Assembly (NCBI GenBank): GCA_050012475.1
Contig: JBEKHC010000025.1
Coordinates: 1-53,539, forward strand
From: Candidatus Velthaea sp.
GTDB lineage: Bacteria > Vulcanimicrobiota > Vulcanimicrobiia > Vulcanimicrobiales > Vulcanimicrobiaceae
DNA: 53,539 nucleotides
Direction of reading: 5' to 3'
Below the pieces are notes generated by a model. It searched no databases. It was not told the origin of the DNA and saw only the letters and a program-made list of their open reading frames with translations. Every line of letters begins with the position of its first letter. Position 1 is the first letter of the stretch. The translations under genes and the position numbers were made by a program. Shown here in pieces: positions 19,281 to 30,048 of the stretch.

Positions 19281-20105
19281 TCATGCGGCTTTATCGGCAA
19301 CGACGGTCATTTCGTGTAGGAAGGCCTTGCCGTACGTGGTGACCATGGCCACGTCCAGCGCGTCGCGACCGCGGGCGATGACCGCCCGGCCGCGCCGGCG
19401 TGTATTGTTGCGCGCGTCGAATGTCCACCACGCGCCGTCCAAATACACCTCGAACCAAGCGCAGAAGTCCATTGGAGCGTCCGGCGGCGGGACATCGATG
19501 TCCGGCAGGTAGCCGAAGGCGTAACGCGCCGGGATGTTCAGGGCGCGGGCAAAGGAGATCGCCAGGTGGGCGAAATCGCGGCAGACGCCGACGCGATTCT
19601 GATAGGCGTCGAGCGCGGTCGTCATCGGCGTGCTCGTCCCGTACGAGAAGCGCAGATGGCCGTGAACGAAGTCACAGATCGCCTGCACGCGAGCCCAACC
19701 CGGCTCGATTCCGCCGAAGAGGCTCCAAGCGACGTCGCCCAGCAGGTCGGAGACGCAGTAGCGGCTGGGCAGCGTATAGATGAGGACGTTGTCGGGCAGC
19801 GCCTGGGCCGGGTATTGCCGGGCGTCGGGGACATACGGATCGAGTTCGTTCGATACTTCGACCACCGCCGAGTAGCGGGCGGTCGAGGAGCCTGCCGGGA
19901 GAACCGTCCGGCGGCACTGGTTCTTATACAGGTCGCGATAGTCGCGAAAGGTCGTCTGCGGATCGAGCGTCCAGCGCTCGGATAACAGTTCCTGACCTTT
20001 TTGCACGTCGGGGCGGACCATGAAGATGGCCGGTGTGGGCACCGCGACTTCATATTTGAACTCGCAGCCGACCTCGATCCGCAACCGGGTGTCGAGCATT
20101 TGCAC
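19281..20105 (-). CDS. Transglutaminase-like protein
   Basis: LPSRYC.SD, GVCRDFAH, IPARY..GY, PMDFCAWFEVYL, GRDA.DVA. Confidence 0.9.
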   Translation of the reverse strand: MQMLDTRLRIEVGCEFKYEVAVPTPAIFMVRPDVQKGQELLSERWTLDPQTTFRDYRDLYKNQCRRTVLPAGSSTARYSAVVEVSNELDPYVPDARQYPAQALPDNVLIYTLPSRYCVSDLLGDVAWSLFGGIEPGWARVQAICDFVHGHLRFSYGTSTPMTTALDAYQNRVGVCRDFAHLAISFARALNIPARYAFGYLPDIDVPPPDAPMDFCAWFEVYLDGAWWTFDARNNTRRRGRAVIARGRDALDVAMVTTYGKAFLHEMTVVADKAA

Positions 20106-20253
20106 GATAACCTCTCTCTACGTGGGGGGAGCGCCCGCCCTTTTCGCCATATGGCCCGTGCCGGGGGGCGCGCATCGGGCGGGCTTCTCATTCCCACGTA
20201 TTGCACTGCTGCCCCGGGATGCGGCATCGGCATCACGAAAGCGGTGTCCATCC

Positions 20254-21252
20254 ATGCAAGACGTGCCCGATCTTCCACGCCGGATCGGAATCGCGGCGAC
20301 TTTGCTCGCCATGGTGATCCTGTTTGGAAGCCTCGGCTACGTGGAGATCGAAGGTTGGGGTTGGTTCGACTCTCTCTACATGACCGTCACCACGTTCACG
20401 ACGATCGGGGGCGGCGAGCCGGCGCCGCTGAGCGCGGGCGGCAAAGTCTGGACGATGGTCGTCGTCCTCATCGGCTTCGGCGTGCTGACCTATACGCTGC
20501 TGGCGCTCATGAGCTACGTTCTCGAGGGCCATCTCGGCTTCGCGGTCGAGACGCGGCGCATGCAGCGGCAGGTGGCGCGCATGAGTAATCATTTCGTGCT
20601 GTGCGGCTATGGCCGCGTCGGCAGCCAGATCGCGCGCGATTTCGAGAGCGAGGGCATCAGCTTCGTCGTGATCGACGTGAACGAAGAGTCGCTCGAGCGG
20701 GCCGCGGCCGATGGCCATCCGGTCGTCAACGGCAGCGCCTCGGATGTCACGGTGCTCGCCGCCGCGGCGATCGATCGGGCGCGCGGGCTGATTACGGCGA
20801 TCGACAACGACGCGGAGAATATCTACGTCACGCTGTCGGCGCGGGTGCTGCGGCCCGACATCTTCATCGTCGCGCGAGCCAACCGGGCCGACTCCGAACC
20901 GAAGCTCCGGCTGGCGGGCGCCAACCGCATCATCTCGCCGTATACGATCGGCGGGCGGCGGATGGCCAGCCTCGCGATGCGGCCGACTGCGGTCGAATTC
21001 GTCGACACGATCATGTCGGCGGGCAACGCGGAATTGGTGCTCGAAGATCTCACGGTTCCGCTCTCCTGGTCCGGTCGCACGATCGCGATGCTTGCGGGGA
21101 CCAGCGAAGAAGTGACGATCTTGGCGCTCAAGCGCGGCGAAACCATGACGTTTCGGCCCGGTCATTCGACCCCGCTCCTTCAAGGAGACGAACTCGTCGC
21201 CGCCGGCCCGGCGGCCGCGATCCGCACGGTCGAGAAACGGCTCGAGAAATAG
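20254..21252 (+). CDS. Potassium channel protein with TrkA-N/RCK domain
   Basis: 2 TM plus pore-like YMTVTTFTTIG; LCGYGRVG; AGANRIISPY. Confidence 0.88.
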   Translation: MQDVPDLPRRIGIAATLLAMVILFGSLGYVEIEGWGWFDSLYMTVTTFTTIGGGEPAPLSAGGKVWTMVVVLIGFGVLTYTLLALMSYVLEGHLGFAVETRRMQRQVARMSNHFVLCGYGRVGSQIARDFESEGISFVVIDVNEESLERAAADGHPVVNGSASDVTVLAAAAIDRARGLITAIDNDAENIYVTLSARVLRPDIFIVARANRADSEPKLRLAGANRIISPYTIGGRRMASLAMRPTAVEFVDTIMSAGNAELVLEDLTVPLSWSGRTIAMLAGTSEEVTILALKRGETMTFRPGHSTPLLQGDELVAAGPAAAIRTVEKRLEK

Positions 21253-21398
21253 CACGGGTGGCACCGGTCGCCACGACGGCGCAAAGAAAAATCTTCCTCC
21301 GTCGGAGTATCGTGGAATTCCGGGGTAGCAACCGCCGCGCTCAAGCCTGAAAATAGTCGGAAGACGAGCACCTACGATCAGCGAGGCTCCGACTGTTC

Positions 21399-23228
21399 AT
21401 GGTCCTGACACCCATCGACTGGCTCATCATGATCCTCTACTTCGCGTTCGTGCTGGGCATCGGGTTCATGCTCAGCCGAAAGACGAAGGACAGCCAGCAA
21501 TTCTTTCTCGCCGGACGCGCGGTGCCGTTGTGGATCTGCGGTTTGGCCTTCGTGTGCGCCAATTTGGGCGCCCAAGAAGTCATCGGCATGGCCGCCTCCG
21601 GCGCGAAATACGGCATTCTGACCGCGCATTTTTACTGGCTCGGCGCGATCCCGGCGATGGTGTTCGTCGGCGTTTTCATGATGCCGTTCTATTACGGTTC
21701 GAAAGCCCGCTCGGTGCCCGAGTACCTCAAACTGCGCTTCGATGAAAAAACGCGCGCTTTCAATGCGTGCACGTTCGCCGTCATGACCGTGTTCTCGTCC
21801 GGCATATCGATGTACGCGATGGCCCAGCTCCTGATGTCGATGCACGTCTTCGACGCGGCGTTCAACGCGATGCACATTCCGGCCCACTACGTCTTCGACG
21901 TTTCGGTGATCGTGTCGGCGGTGATCGTCCTCACCTACATTCTTGCCGGCGGTTTGCGCAGCGCGATGTACAACGAAGTGCTGCAATTCTTCCTCATCGT
22001 CGCCGGATTCTTTCCGCTCGTCTTCCTTGGACTCAAGGCCAGCGGCGGCTGGCACGGCATCGTCGCGCAAGTGCCCGCAGCTTTCACGCACACCTGGGCC
22101 GGAATGAAATCGCCCGACACCAACTTGCTGGGGGTCGACGCTTTCGGCCTCGTGGCGGGGCTGGGCTTTGTGCTCTCGTTCGGTTACTGGTGCACGGATT
22201 ATCTCATCGTGCAACGGGCGATGGCGGCCGACTCGATGCTCGACGCGCGCCGCACGCCGCTCGTTGCGGCTTTCCCCAAAATGCTGTTCCCGTTCTTGGT
22301 GATCTTGCCCGGACTCATCGCACTGGCCGCACCCAAGACCGAAGCGATGCTGCACGGTCACGGTGTCGTCATCGCGTCGACGTCCGCCGCCGGCACCCGC
22401 GCGGGCGTCGAAGCCGCCGAGGGCTATGCGGGACACGGCCTGATCCCGCAGCAGCTGACGACGTCGGGTAAGCCGGTGACGTCCAGTGACGGCAAACCGG
22501 TGCTCAACTACAATTTGGTCATACCGGCTTTACTTTCGGCGTACTTCCCGACCGGTCTGCTGGGTCTGGGGATCACGGCGCTGCTCGCGAGCTTCATGTC
22601 GGGGATGGCGGGCAACGTGACCGCGTTCAACACCGTTTGGACCCGCGACATCTACGAGCCATACATCAAGCGCGACGCGTCGGATGCGCACTATCTGCAA
22701 ATGGGCCGGATCGCGACCGTGCTGGGCATCGCGCTTTCCGTCGTCACCGCGTACATGGCGGCGCAATTCAACAACATCATGGATGCCTTACAGCTCGTCT
22801 TCGCGTTCGTGAACGCGCCGCTGTTCGCGACGTTCTTGCTCGGCCAATTCTGGAAACGGACGACCGGGCACGGCGCCTTCTGGGGACTGCTCTCGGGGAC
22901 GATCGCCGCCGCGCTGCATCACGGTTTGACGCTGCCCAACGGCGACCCCGTCGGGCTCAAAGGCGGATTCATCTCGGTGCTGCACACCTATCCCAGCGAG
23001 ATGGCGCAGAACTTCTACACCGCAATCTTCGCGTTTTCCACCTGCTTCATTGCAACCGTCGTCATCAGCCTGCTCACGCGCCCGCGTCCGGATCGCGAAC
23101 TCGCGGGGTTGGTGTACTCGCTGACGAAACGGCAAAACGACTCGGCGGTCGCATGGTATGCGCGACCGGCATTCTTGGGAGGACTCGTTATCGTGTGCTG
23201 CATCGGCTTGAACGTCGTGTTCCGGTAA
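21399..23228 (+). CDS. Sodium:solute symporter, probably galactose
   Basis: FFLAGR, ANLGAQE, YWCTD...VQRAM; lies in an operon with galK and galT. Confidence 0.9.
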   Translation: MVLTPIDWLIMILYFAFVLGIGFMLSRKTKDSQQFFLAGRAVPLWICGLAFVCANLGAQEVIGMAASGAKYGILTAHFYWLGAIPAMVFVGVFMMPFYYGSKARSVPEYLKLRFDEKTRAFNACTFAVMTVFSSGISMYAMAQLLMSMHVFDAAFNAMHIPAHYVFDVSVIVSAVIVLTYILAGGLRSAMYNEVLQFFLIVAGFFPLVFLGLKASGGWHGIVAQVPAAFTHTWAGMKSPDTNLLGVDAFGLVAGLGFVLSFGYWCTDYLIVQRAMAADSMLDARRTPLVAAFPKMLFPFLVILPGLIALAAPKTEAMLHGHGVVIASTSAAGTRAGVEAAEGYAGHGLIPQQLTTSGKPVTSSDGKPVLNYNLVIPALLSAYFPTGLLGLGITALLASFMSGMAGNVTAFNTVWTRDIYEPYIKRDASDAHYLQMGRIATVLGIALSVVTAYMAAQFNNIMDALQLVFAFVNAPLFATFLLGQFWKRTTGHGAFWGLLSGTIAAALHHGLTLPNGDPVGLKGGFISVLHTYPSEMAQNFYTAIFAFSTCFIATVVISLLTRPRPDRELAGLVYSLTKRQNDSAVAWYARPAFLGGLVIVCCIGLNVVFR

Positions 23229-23234
23229 CCGCGC

Positions 23235-23537
23235 ATGGACCTTGATTTACGCGTTCCGATCGGCTTGTTCTTCATCTTCGTCGGGCTGATCATGGCCATC
23301 TTCGGGCTGACGAGCGATCCGGCCATCTACCAAAAATCGCTCGGTATCAACGTGAACCTCGACTGGGGGATCGTCGAATTGGTCTTCGGGGCGCTCATGT
23401 TCGTCTTCGGCCGCCGGCACAAGAAGACCGCAGCGCCAGTCCCCGTGCCCGTCCCGGCCGCCGTGCTGCCGAATTTACGACCCGTCGTCATACTTGCCCC
23501 CGAACCGAAAACAGAACCGCCGGTGGCGCACGGTTGA
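23235..23537 (+). CDS. Small 2-TM membrane protein, probable SSS accessory subunit
   Basis: MDLDLRVPIGLFF...GINVNL.WG; directly follows the SSS gene. Confidence 0.8.
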   Translation: MDLDLRVPIGLFFIFVGLIMAIFGLTSDPAIYQKSLGINVNLDWGIVELVFGALMFVFGRRHKKTAAPVPVPVPAAVLPNLRPVVILAPEPKTEPPVAHG

Positions 23538-24643
23538 CCCCCAGAGTTTATCGGGCCCCCGGCCGGGTCAATCTCATCGGCGAGCACACCGACTATAACG
23601 ACGGTTTCGTCATGCCCGCGGCGATCGCGTACGACATCCGCGTCGCCGTGACGCCGCGCCGCGATCGCAGCGTCACGGTCGTTTCGGACGGCTTTCCCGG
23701 AACGCGCGCGTTTGATCTCGACCACCTGACGACGGGCGTGCAGCACGACTGGAGCGATTACGTCCGCGGGATGCTCATCGAACTGCAAGCCGATGGTGCG
23801 GCTCTGCGCGGCGCAGATCTGAACGTAGCGAGCAGCTTGCCGGTCGGCGCCGGACTGAGTTCGTCCGCGGCCATCGCCGTCGGAGTCGGATTCGCGCTGC
23901 TCGACACGGCCGAACTTCCGGTCGACCGGGTGAAACTGGCGCTGGCCGCGCAGCGAGCCGAGAACCGCCACGCGGGGATCAACAGCGGGATCATGGACCA
24001 GTTCATCTCGGCAAACGCGCGCGAAGGTCAAGCGATTTTGCTCGACACGCGATCCCTGACGTTCGATTACCTGCCGCTGCCGGACGCGGCGACGTTCGTG
24101 GTCTGCAACACGATGGTCAAGCACTCGAACGCGACCGGCGGATACAACGATCGGCACGCGGAGTGCTCCGCCGGCGTCGCTGCGCTCGCGGCACGCTACC
24201 CGGGTGTGCGTGCCCTGCGCGACGTGACGCTCGAGCAACTCGAAGCCGCCCGGGATGCGCTGTCCGACACCGTTTTTCGGCGCTGCCGCCATGTGATCAC
24301 GGAGGACGCCCGCGTGATCGCGGCCGGCGCCGCGCTCGAGCGGAGCGACTTCGGCGAATTCGGCCGGCTCATGAACGAGTCGCACGTCAGCATGCGTGAC
24401 GACTTCGAGATCAGCGCGCCCGAAGTCGACGTGATGGTCGATCTCGCGCGCGGCTTCGGCAGCAGCGTGTACGGCGCGCGCATGACCGGCGGCGGCTTCG
24501 GCGGGTCGACCGTCAACCTCGTGGCCGCCGGCGACGTCGACGCGTTCGTGCGCTATATCCTCCCCGCGTACGCCGCTGCGACCGCGATCGAACCGCGGGT
24601 GTACCTCGGTGTCGGAGCACCGGGAGTGGGCGCGGTCTCGTGA
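23534..24643 (+). CDS. galK: Galactokinase
   Basis: [46 protein letters not shown]. Confidence 0.97.
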   Translation: MTPRVYRAPGRVNLIGEHTDYNDGFVMPAAIAYDIRVAVTPRRDRSVTVVSDGFPGTRAFDLDHLTTGVQHDWSDYVRGMLIELQADGAALRGADLNVASSLPVGAGLSSSAAIAVGVGFALLDTAELPVDRVKLALAAQRAENRHAGINSGIMDQFISANAREGQAILLDTRSLTFDYLPLPDAATFVVCNTMVKHSNATGGYNDRHAECSAGVAALAARYPGVRALRDVTLEQLEAARDALSDTVFRRCRHVITEDARVIAAGAALERSDFGEFGRLMNESHVSMRDDFEISAPEVDVMVDLARGFGSSVYGARMTGGGFGGSTVNLVAAGDVDAFVRYILPAYAAATAIEPRVYLGVGAPGVGAVS

Positions 24644-25692
24644 ACGAGGATCGCGCATGGCAGACCCAGCCGCACCGGCGCCGCAACGCGCTCACCGGCG
24701 AATGGATCCTCGTCTCGCCGCACCGCACGCAGCGGCCCTGGCAAGGCGAAACGAGCGCCAAGCGCGAGCCCGAGAGCAAACCCGCCTACGATCCGACTTG
24801 TTATCTCTGCCCGGGAAACGCCCGCGCCGGCGGCGCGCACAACCCGCAATACCGCGGAACATTCGTCTTCGAGAACGACTATGCCGCACTCAGGCTGGAC
24901 ACGCCGACGGCCGGCATCGACGAGGGCGGCTTGCTCGTCGCGCAATCGGAACGCGGCATCTGCCGCGTCGTCTGCTTCACACCGCGCCACGACCTGTCGA
25001 TCGCGCAGATGCCGGCGGCCGATATACGCGGCGTGATCGACACCTGGGCCGAGCAATATGCCGAACTGGGTGCGCTGCCGGATATCAATTCGGTGATCGT
25101 GTTCGAGAACCACGGCGAAGCGATGGGGGCGAGCAACCCGCATCCGCACGCCCAGATCTGGGCCAACGCGAGCATTCCCAACGAGCCCGCCAAAGAACAA
25201 GCGGCAGCCGCGGCCTATCTCACCGCGCACGGAACCTGTCTGCTCTGCGCCTACTTGGCGCGCGAAATCGGCGCCGGCGAGCGCATCGTCTACGCCAACG
25301 ACCATGCCGTCGTGGTCGTACCGTTCTGGGCCGTCTGGCCGTTTGAGACGCTCGTGATCCCGCGCGTGCATGCCACCGCACTCGACAACCTCAGCGCTGC
25401 GGCGCGCGACGGTTTGGCCGCTGCGATGCAGGCGCTGACCGCCGCCTACGATCGTGTTTTCGACGTGCCGTTTCCGTATTCGATGGGCTTTCACCAACGC
25501 CCGACCGACGTCGCGGAGCATGCCGAATGGCACACCCACGCCCACTACTTTCCGCCGCTGCTGCGCTCGGCCACCGTGCGTAAGTATATGGTCGGCTATG
25601 AAATGCTCGGCATGCCGCAGCGCGACATCACCCCCGAGTCCGCCGCCGGGCGGCTGCGTTCGCTCGTCGCGCGGCCGCGCCCGTCGTTATGA
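24640..25692 (+). CDS. galT: Galactose-1-phosphate uridylyltransferase
   Basis: [52 protein letters not shown]. Confidence 0.97.
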   Translation: MNEDRAWQTQPHRRRNALTGEWILVSPHRTQRPWQGETSAKREPESKPAYDPTCYLCPGNARAGGAHNPQYRGTFVFENDYAALRLDTPTAGIDEGGLLVAQSERGICRVVCFTPRHDLSIAQMPAADIRGVIDTWAEQYAELGALPDINSVIVFENHGEAMGASNPHPHAQIWANASIPNEPAKEQAAAAAYLTAHGTCLLCAYLAREIGAGERIVYANDHAVVVVPFWAVWPFETLVIPRVHATALDNLSAAARDGLAAAMQALTAAYDRVFDVPFPYSMGFHQRPTDVAEHAEWHTHAHYFPPLLRSATVRKYMVGYEMLGMPQRDITPESAAGRLRSLVARPRPSL

Positions 25693-26115
25693 TGCATCGA
25701 AGACGGCGCGCAAATCGATAAACGCCGCGCGCAGATCGTCCGTCGACGCCTGCTCGTCGGCGAGAATCGCACACGCGCGCTGCCAACGCTGCACGGATCC
25801 GGCTGGCTCGCGCGCGTCGGGCCCGCGGTCGCCGATGACTTCGGCCACGATCGTGCGCGCGAGCTCGCAACCGCCGCGCGGATCCTCGACGAATCGCGCT
25901 TGTGCCGCGAGCCATCGGCCAGCATCGCTGGCGCGGACGTTCGGCCGCGCCGGGCCCGTCCGCGCGCCGTTCGAGGCCGCCCGCGGCAGCGCCGTTGCGC
26001 GCCGGGTCGAGAGCGTTAGCGCGAGAACGATCGCCGCGACAACGAGCACGAACCAGGTGATCGGTGATGAGGTGTTTATTCCAAGCGGCAGCGTTTGCTC
26101 GAGCATCGCGCTCAT
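25687..26115 (-). CDS. Membrane-anchored hypothetical protein
   Basis: One TM helix, then a helical domain ending [15 protein letters not shown]. Confidence 0.65.
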   Translation of the reverse strand: MSAMLEQTLPLGINTSSPITWFVLVVAAIVLALTLSTRRATALPRAASNGARTGPARPNVRASDAGRWLAAQARFVEDPRGGCELARTIVAEVIGDRGPDAREPAGSVQRWQRACAILADEQASTDDLRAAFIDLRAVFDAS

Positions 26116-26128
26116 GCTCGTACCCGTT

Positions 26129-28126
26129 TTAGAAGTGCAGGCGCTGCTCGACGATCAGCGCCGACCCAGTGAAGTCGGGCGAATTGGGAATGAGCGGATA
26201 CGTCGTCATTCCGCCAGCGCTGCTGCGCCGAAAGCTGATCAGCAGTGAGGCGCGTCCCGTTTGCCGGATTTCCGTGCCGAGGAAGAACAGCCGTTCGGCA
26301 AAGTCGATCGGCTCGCTGAAGGTTCCCTTGAGCGCGTAGCGGCCGAGGCCGGTCGCGACGACAACGTTCGGCGAGACGTGGCGGGAATAGGTCAGCACCG
26401 CCTGCGGAACCTCATACGAAACGGCGTCTTCCGGATAGGCCGCGACGAACGGCCGGTAGAGCGTGTCGTCGACGACGTCGAGCGAGAGATCGCCGAAGGA
26501 CGGATGCCACGCGGCCCACAGCGCCGAGCGCTTCTGTCGTCCGAAGGTGGCGGCGCCGCTCTGCTGCGGCAGATAGTATCCGTCGATGAACCCCGTTTGC
26601 TCGGCTGATTCCCGCGTTTCGGCTTGGATCTGCCGCAAGTCCGTGTACTCGAGATGCAGTTCGAACGGCCCTTTGTCGACGTAATATCGCAAGCGATAGC
26701 CTTGCCGATTCACGCCCAACACGCTGTTGTCGATGAGCTGATAGTTCGACTTCAGCCATTGGCCCGGCCAGGCGAAGGCGACGCTCCACTGATTTTCCGG
26801 AACGCCGTACGGCAAGATCATCGTCGCGTAGCGTGGTTCCATGCGGTAAAAATCCAACGCCGCCGTGACGCGTCCGCGCGTTTGAGTGAGGCCCGCGTGA
26901 TAGTATCCGCCCGGTGCCGACGTGCCGGGCCGGGCCGCGAGCGCCGAGGCGTACCAAGCGCGTCCGATTTCGACGCTGCCGTCAAGCCCCAATCCGGGCA
27001 CGGCGTGAAACGTGCTGCGGATGCCCGCGATCGTCTGGCGTTGGCCGCTCAGCATGCTCGTCGGCAAGACGCCCTGCGGATAGAGCGTGAAGGTCGGGTC
27101 CATTCCGAACGGCACGGTCGTCAGCAGCGGAGCACCGGCGGTCGAGGCGTGCAGCACTTGCGCTGAATACGTGGTGCCCTCGCCGTGATCGACGACGAGC
27201 GAGCCCAGCGACAACAGCGCCGAATCGCCGGGCAGGCTCGGCAAACTCGCGTTGGTCAGTTCGAGCGTGGCGAGGTCGCGCTTGGCGACGACGTCGACGC
27301 CGTGCAACGGCAGCGCCGTCGCGGCTGGCTGCCAGCCGTCGACGTTCGGCGTTTCACTCGAAAGCGTCTCCGCCGGCGCGTACGCGATCGCCGGCGTCAC
27401 GTTCGTCAGCGCCGGCGGAGCGAACACGAAGCGGTCGGTCTGCGCGAGATCGAACCAGCCGGCGCGCAGCCGCAGGTCGCCGTCCGCCGTCGCGGCGCTT
27501 CCCGAGAGTATCGAGAGCCGCGTCGCAGTAGCGTCGTCCTGGCCCGGACGGGTCGGAAAGGTTACCGCGTACGGCAGCGCTTGCGAACCGAGGTGCGGGT
27601 TGAGCGTCGGCAGCAGGCTCTCGCCCCAGTATGCGGCATTGGTGACGCTGCCGTGGACCGTTGCAAGCCCCGCACTCAAACCGAAATCGAACGCGTGCGT
27701 GGCAAACTGCGCCGTCGACAGCAGTTGGCCGATGCCGCTATTGCCGCTGACCTGCGGCGCGCTGGAGAACAGATCGTACGGGGTGTTGGGGGCGAGCGGT
27801 GAGCCGGCGATAAAACCGCGTGCTTCCGGACCGGCCTGACCCGGTCCCGACGTATTCTGGCCGACGAACGTCAACGCGGCGTCGGTCGTCACGCGCAGCC
27901 CCAAGGGACGTGGCGTCGGGCTTGCCGGCGCAGCACTCGGCGCGGGCGTCGAAGCTGGTGCCGAAGCGGCCGGTGGATCCGGGGCCGTTTGACGCGCCTC
28001 GCCGGGTATGGCGATCCACTCGCACAGCAAGGTGAGGATCCCGACCGCCCACGGAAGGCTGGACCGCAAAGGCAGCACGCGAAAACGGCGCACGGTCATT
28101 ACCGTCGCGTTCGCATCAGACAACAC
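26129..28126 (-). CDS. Putative outer-membrane beta-barrel protein
   Basis: Signal-like segment, Pro-rich linker, alternating aromatic beta-strand pattern, terminal Phe (VEQRLHF). Start uncertain. Confidence 0.65.
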   Translation of the reverse strand: MLSDANATVMTVRRFRVLPLRSSLPWAVGILTLLCEWIAIPGEARQTAPDPPAASAPASTPAPSAAPASPTPRPLGLRVTTDAALTFVGQNTSGPGQAGPEARGFIAGSPLAPNTPYDLFSSAPQVSGNSGIGQLLSTAQFATHAFDFGLSAGLATVHGSVTNAAYWGESLLPTLNPHLGSQALPYAVTFPTRPGQDDATATRLSILSGSAATADGDLRLRAGWFDLAQTDRFVFAPPALTNVTPAIAYAPAETLSSETPNVDGWQPAATALPLHGVDVVAKRDLATLELTNASLPSLPGDSALLSLGSLVVDHGEGTTYSAQVLHASTAGAPLLTTVPFGMDPTFTLYPQGVLPTSMLSGQRQTIAGIRSTFHAVPGLGLDGSVEIGRAWYASALAARPGTSAPGGYYHAGLTQTRGRVTAALDFYRMEPRYATMILPYGVPENQWSVAFAWPGQWLKSNYQLIDNSVLGVNRQGYRLRYYVDKGPFELHLEYTDLRQIQAETRESAEQTGFIDGYYLPQQSGAATFGRQKRSALWAAWHPSFGDLSLDVVDDTLYRPFVAAYPEDAVSYEVPQAVLTYSRHVSPNVVVATGLGRYALKGTFSEPIDFAERLFFLGTEIRQTGRASLLISFRRSSAGGMTTYPLIPNSPDFTGSALIVEQRLHF

Positions 28127-28220
28127 TGCATCGTATTCGAACGGACTCGAACCCTACACCGGCTTATGTTATCCTAGCTTGTCAAGCCGATGAACGAGCA
28201 GCGGCCACTGCTTTGGACGG

Positions 28221-28427
28221 ATGCATTACAATGTGAAGGTGAAAACGTCCGCCCATTCAGAGCCGGCGACGCGCAAAAGCGGCGGGCCCCGGTCGTGCTT
28301 CAAAAAAAACGGTGCGCCGAAAGCGCAATTTGCGACCGCGAAACTCGCCGAGCGGGCCATCCCGCCGACGACGACCGGACTCAAGCCCTATCGCTGCCTG
28401 CTGCACGGGTGGCATCTGGGACATTAA
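28221..28427 (+). CDS. Small basic putative Zn-binding protein
   Basis: SCFKK..PK.QF.T...A..A...LKPYRCLLHGWHLGH; fills an otherwise empty gap. Confidence 0.55.
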   Translation: MHYNVKVKTSAHSEPATRKSGGPRSCFKKNGAPKAQFATAKLAERAIPPTTTGLKPYRCLLHGWHLGH

Positions 28428-28470
28428 GGCGCCGCGACCATAATGTTCGCTTAACAAAAGGGTTGCAGTT

Positions 28471-30048
28471 TCACTCGCCCGGACCGCCGACCACACCTTT
28501 CTTGGGCTTCGGCATGACCACGACCAAGAAAATGGCGATGAACGTTGCCAGGGCGATCGCGAGCGAGACGTCGGCGTACGCGAGAATCGTCGCTTGACCG
28601 TCGACGATGCCGAAGAGCTGCTGGGGACTGGCATGCGGCGGCAGTTGCGAGACCGCCGGCGCACCCGGGGTGACGTTTCCGGCCAACACCGCAAGATGAT
28701 AGGCGACGCGCCGATCGACCAGGGTGGAAAGCGCCGCGATCGCGATCGATCCGCCGAGCTGCGTACCGAGATTGACGTACGCGCTGGCTTTTGCGCCGAC
28801 GCGCTGCGGCACGCCGCCGAGCACGGCGGTCGTCAACGGCACGAACAGCATTGCTGCGCCGACGCCGGTGAGCATGAGCGGCAGCACGAACGTCCGGAAG
28901 TCCGACTGCAGCGTCGTCAGCATCGCTTGGGTGTAATTTCCTAACGCCATGAACAAAAAGCCGAACGCCATGAAGATGCGCGCATCAACGCGCCCGACGA
29001 AGCGGGCGATGAACGGCGTGGCCAAACCGATCGGGATCGCGCGCATCAAGATCAGCAAACCGCTGAGCGTCGCGGTGAAGGCCAGCGAACCTTGCACGAA
29101 TTGCGGCAGCGTATACGTCGAACCGAAGATCGCTCCGCCGATGAGCAACGCCAAGACGAAACCGCCCCAAACGGCGCGGTAGCGAAACGCCCGCAAGTCG
29201 ACCAGCGGCTGCTTCGCGCGCAGTTCCCACCAGATGAGCGCCGCGATGCCGACCACGGCGATGAACGCGAACAGACAGTTGTTGGTATCGCTGAACCAAT
29301 CCCAACGCTCGCCCTCGCTGAGCACGTATTGCAGTGAACCGATTCCGGCCACCAGCAACAGCAATCCGGGGACATCCAGCGGCGTCCGGCGGGGTGTCGT
29401 CGGATCGCGCAGAAACGTCAGCAAAATCAGAAACGACGCGACTCCCGGAACGACGTTGATGTCGAAAACCCAGTTCCAGTTGGCGTTGTCGACCAGAAGA
29501 CCGCCTAAGGGCGGACCGAGCGCCGGACCCATGATCGCGCCCAGCGCGAAAATCCCCTGACTGACGCCGAGCTGTTCGGGCGGAAACGTGTCGCGTAAAA
29601 TCGTCTGCGACGTCGCCAACAGGCCCGCGCCGAACAATCCTTGCACGATCCGAAACGCGATCAGTTCCTCGATCGACGTCGAAATGCCGCAGGCAAACGA
29701 AGCCGCCGTGAAGCCGGCGATGCAAATGAGAAAATAGCGTTTGCGCCCGAGGATCGTCTGCAGCCACGGGATCATCGGAATGACGATCACGACGGCGATC
29801 GTGTAGCCGTTGATGACCCAGGTTCCCTCGTCGGTGCTGGCGCCCAGATTGCCTTGAATGTTCGGCAGCGCGACGTTCGTGATCGTGGCGTCCAGCGTTT
29901 GCAGCAGCGCCGCGAGCATGACGCCCATGACGATGAGCAAGCGCCGAGCGCCGGTCTCGACGACGGACTGATCGCCGCCGCTTTGAGCGGGCGGACCCGC
30001 TGCGCGTGCTCCGCCCGAACGCGGAAGCAAATCGGCCCGAGTAGCCAC
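28471..30048 (-). CDS. DHA2 (EmrB/QacA) MFS efflux permease
   Basis: LDATITNVALP, WVINGY, FRIVQG, GPALGPPLGG, WVFDINV; GGAGG SD before GTG 30048. Confidence 0.92.
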   Translation of the reverse strand: MATRADLLPRSGGARAAGPPAQSGGDQSVVETGARRLLIVMGVMLAALLQTLDATITNVALPNIQGNLGASTDEGTWVINGYTIAVVIVIPMIPWLQTILGRKRYFLICIAGFTAASFACGISTSIEELIAFRIVQGLFGAGLLATSQTILRDTFPPEQLGVSQGIFALGAIMGPALGPPLGGLLVDNANWNWVFDINVVPGVASFLILLTFLRDPTTPRRTPLDVPGLLLLVAGIGSLQYVLSEGERWDWFSDTNNCLFAFIAVVGIAALIWWELRAKQPLVDLRAFRYRAVWGGFVLALLIGGAIFGSTYTLPQFVQGSLAFTATLSGLLILMRAIPIGLATPFIARFVGRVDARIFMAFGFLFMALGNYTQAMLTTLQSDFRTFVLPLMLTGVGAAMLFVPLTTAVLGGVPQRVGAKASAYVNLGTQLGGSIAIAALSTLVDRRVAYHLAVLAGNVTPGAPAVSQLPPHASPQQLFGIVDGQATILAYADVSLAIALATFIAIFLVVVMPKPKKGVVGGPGE

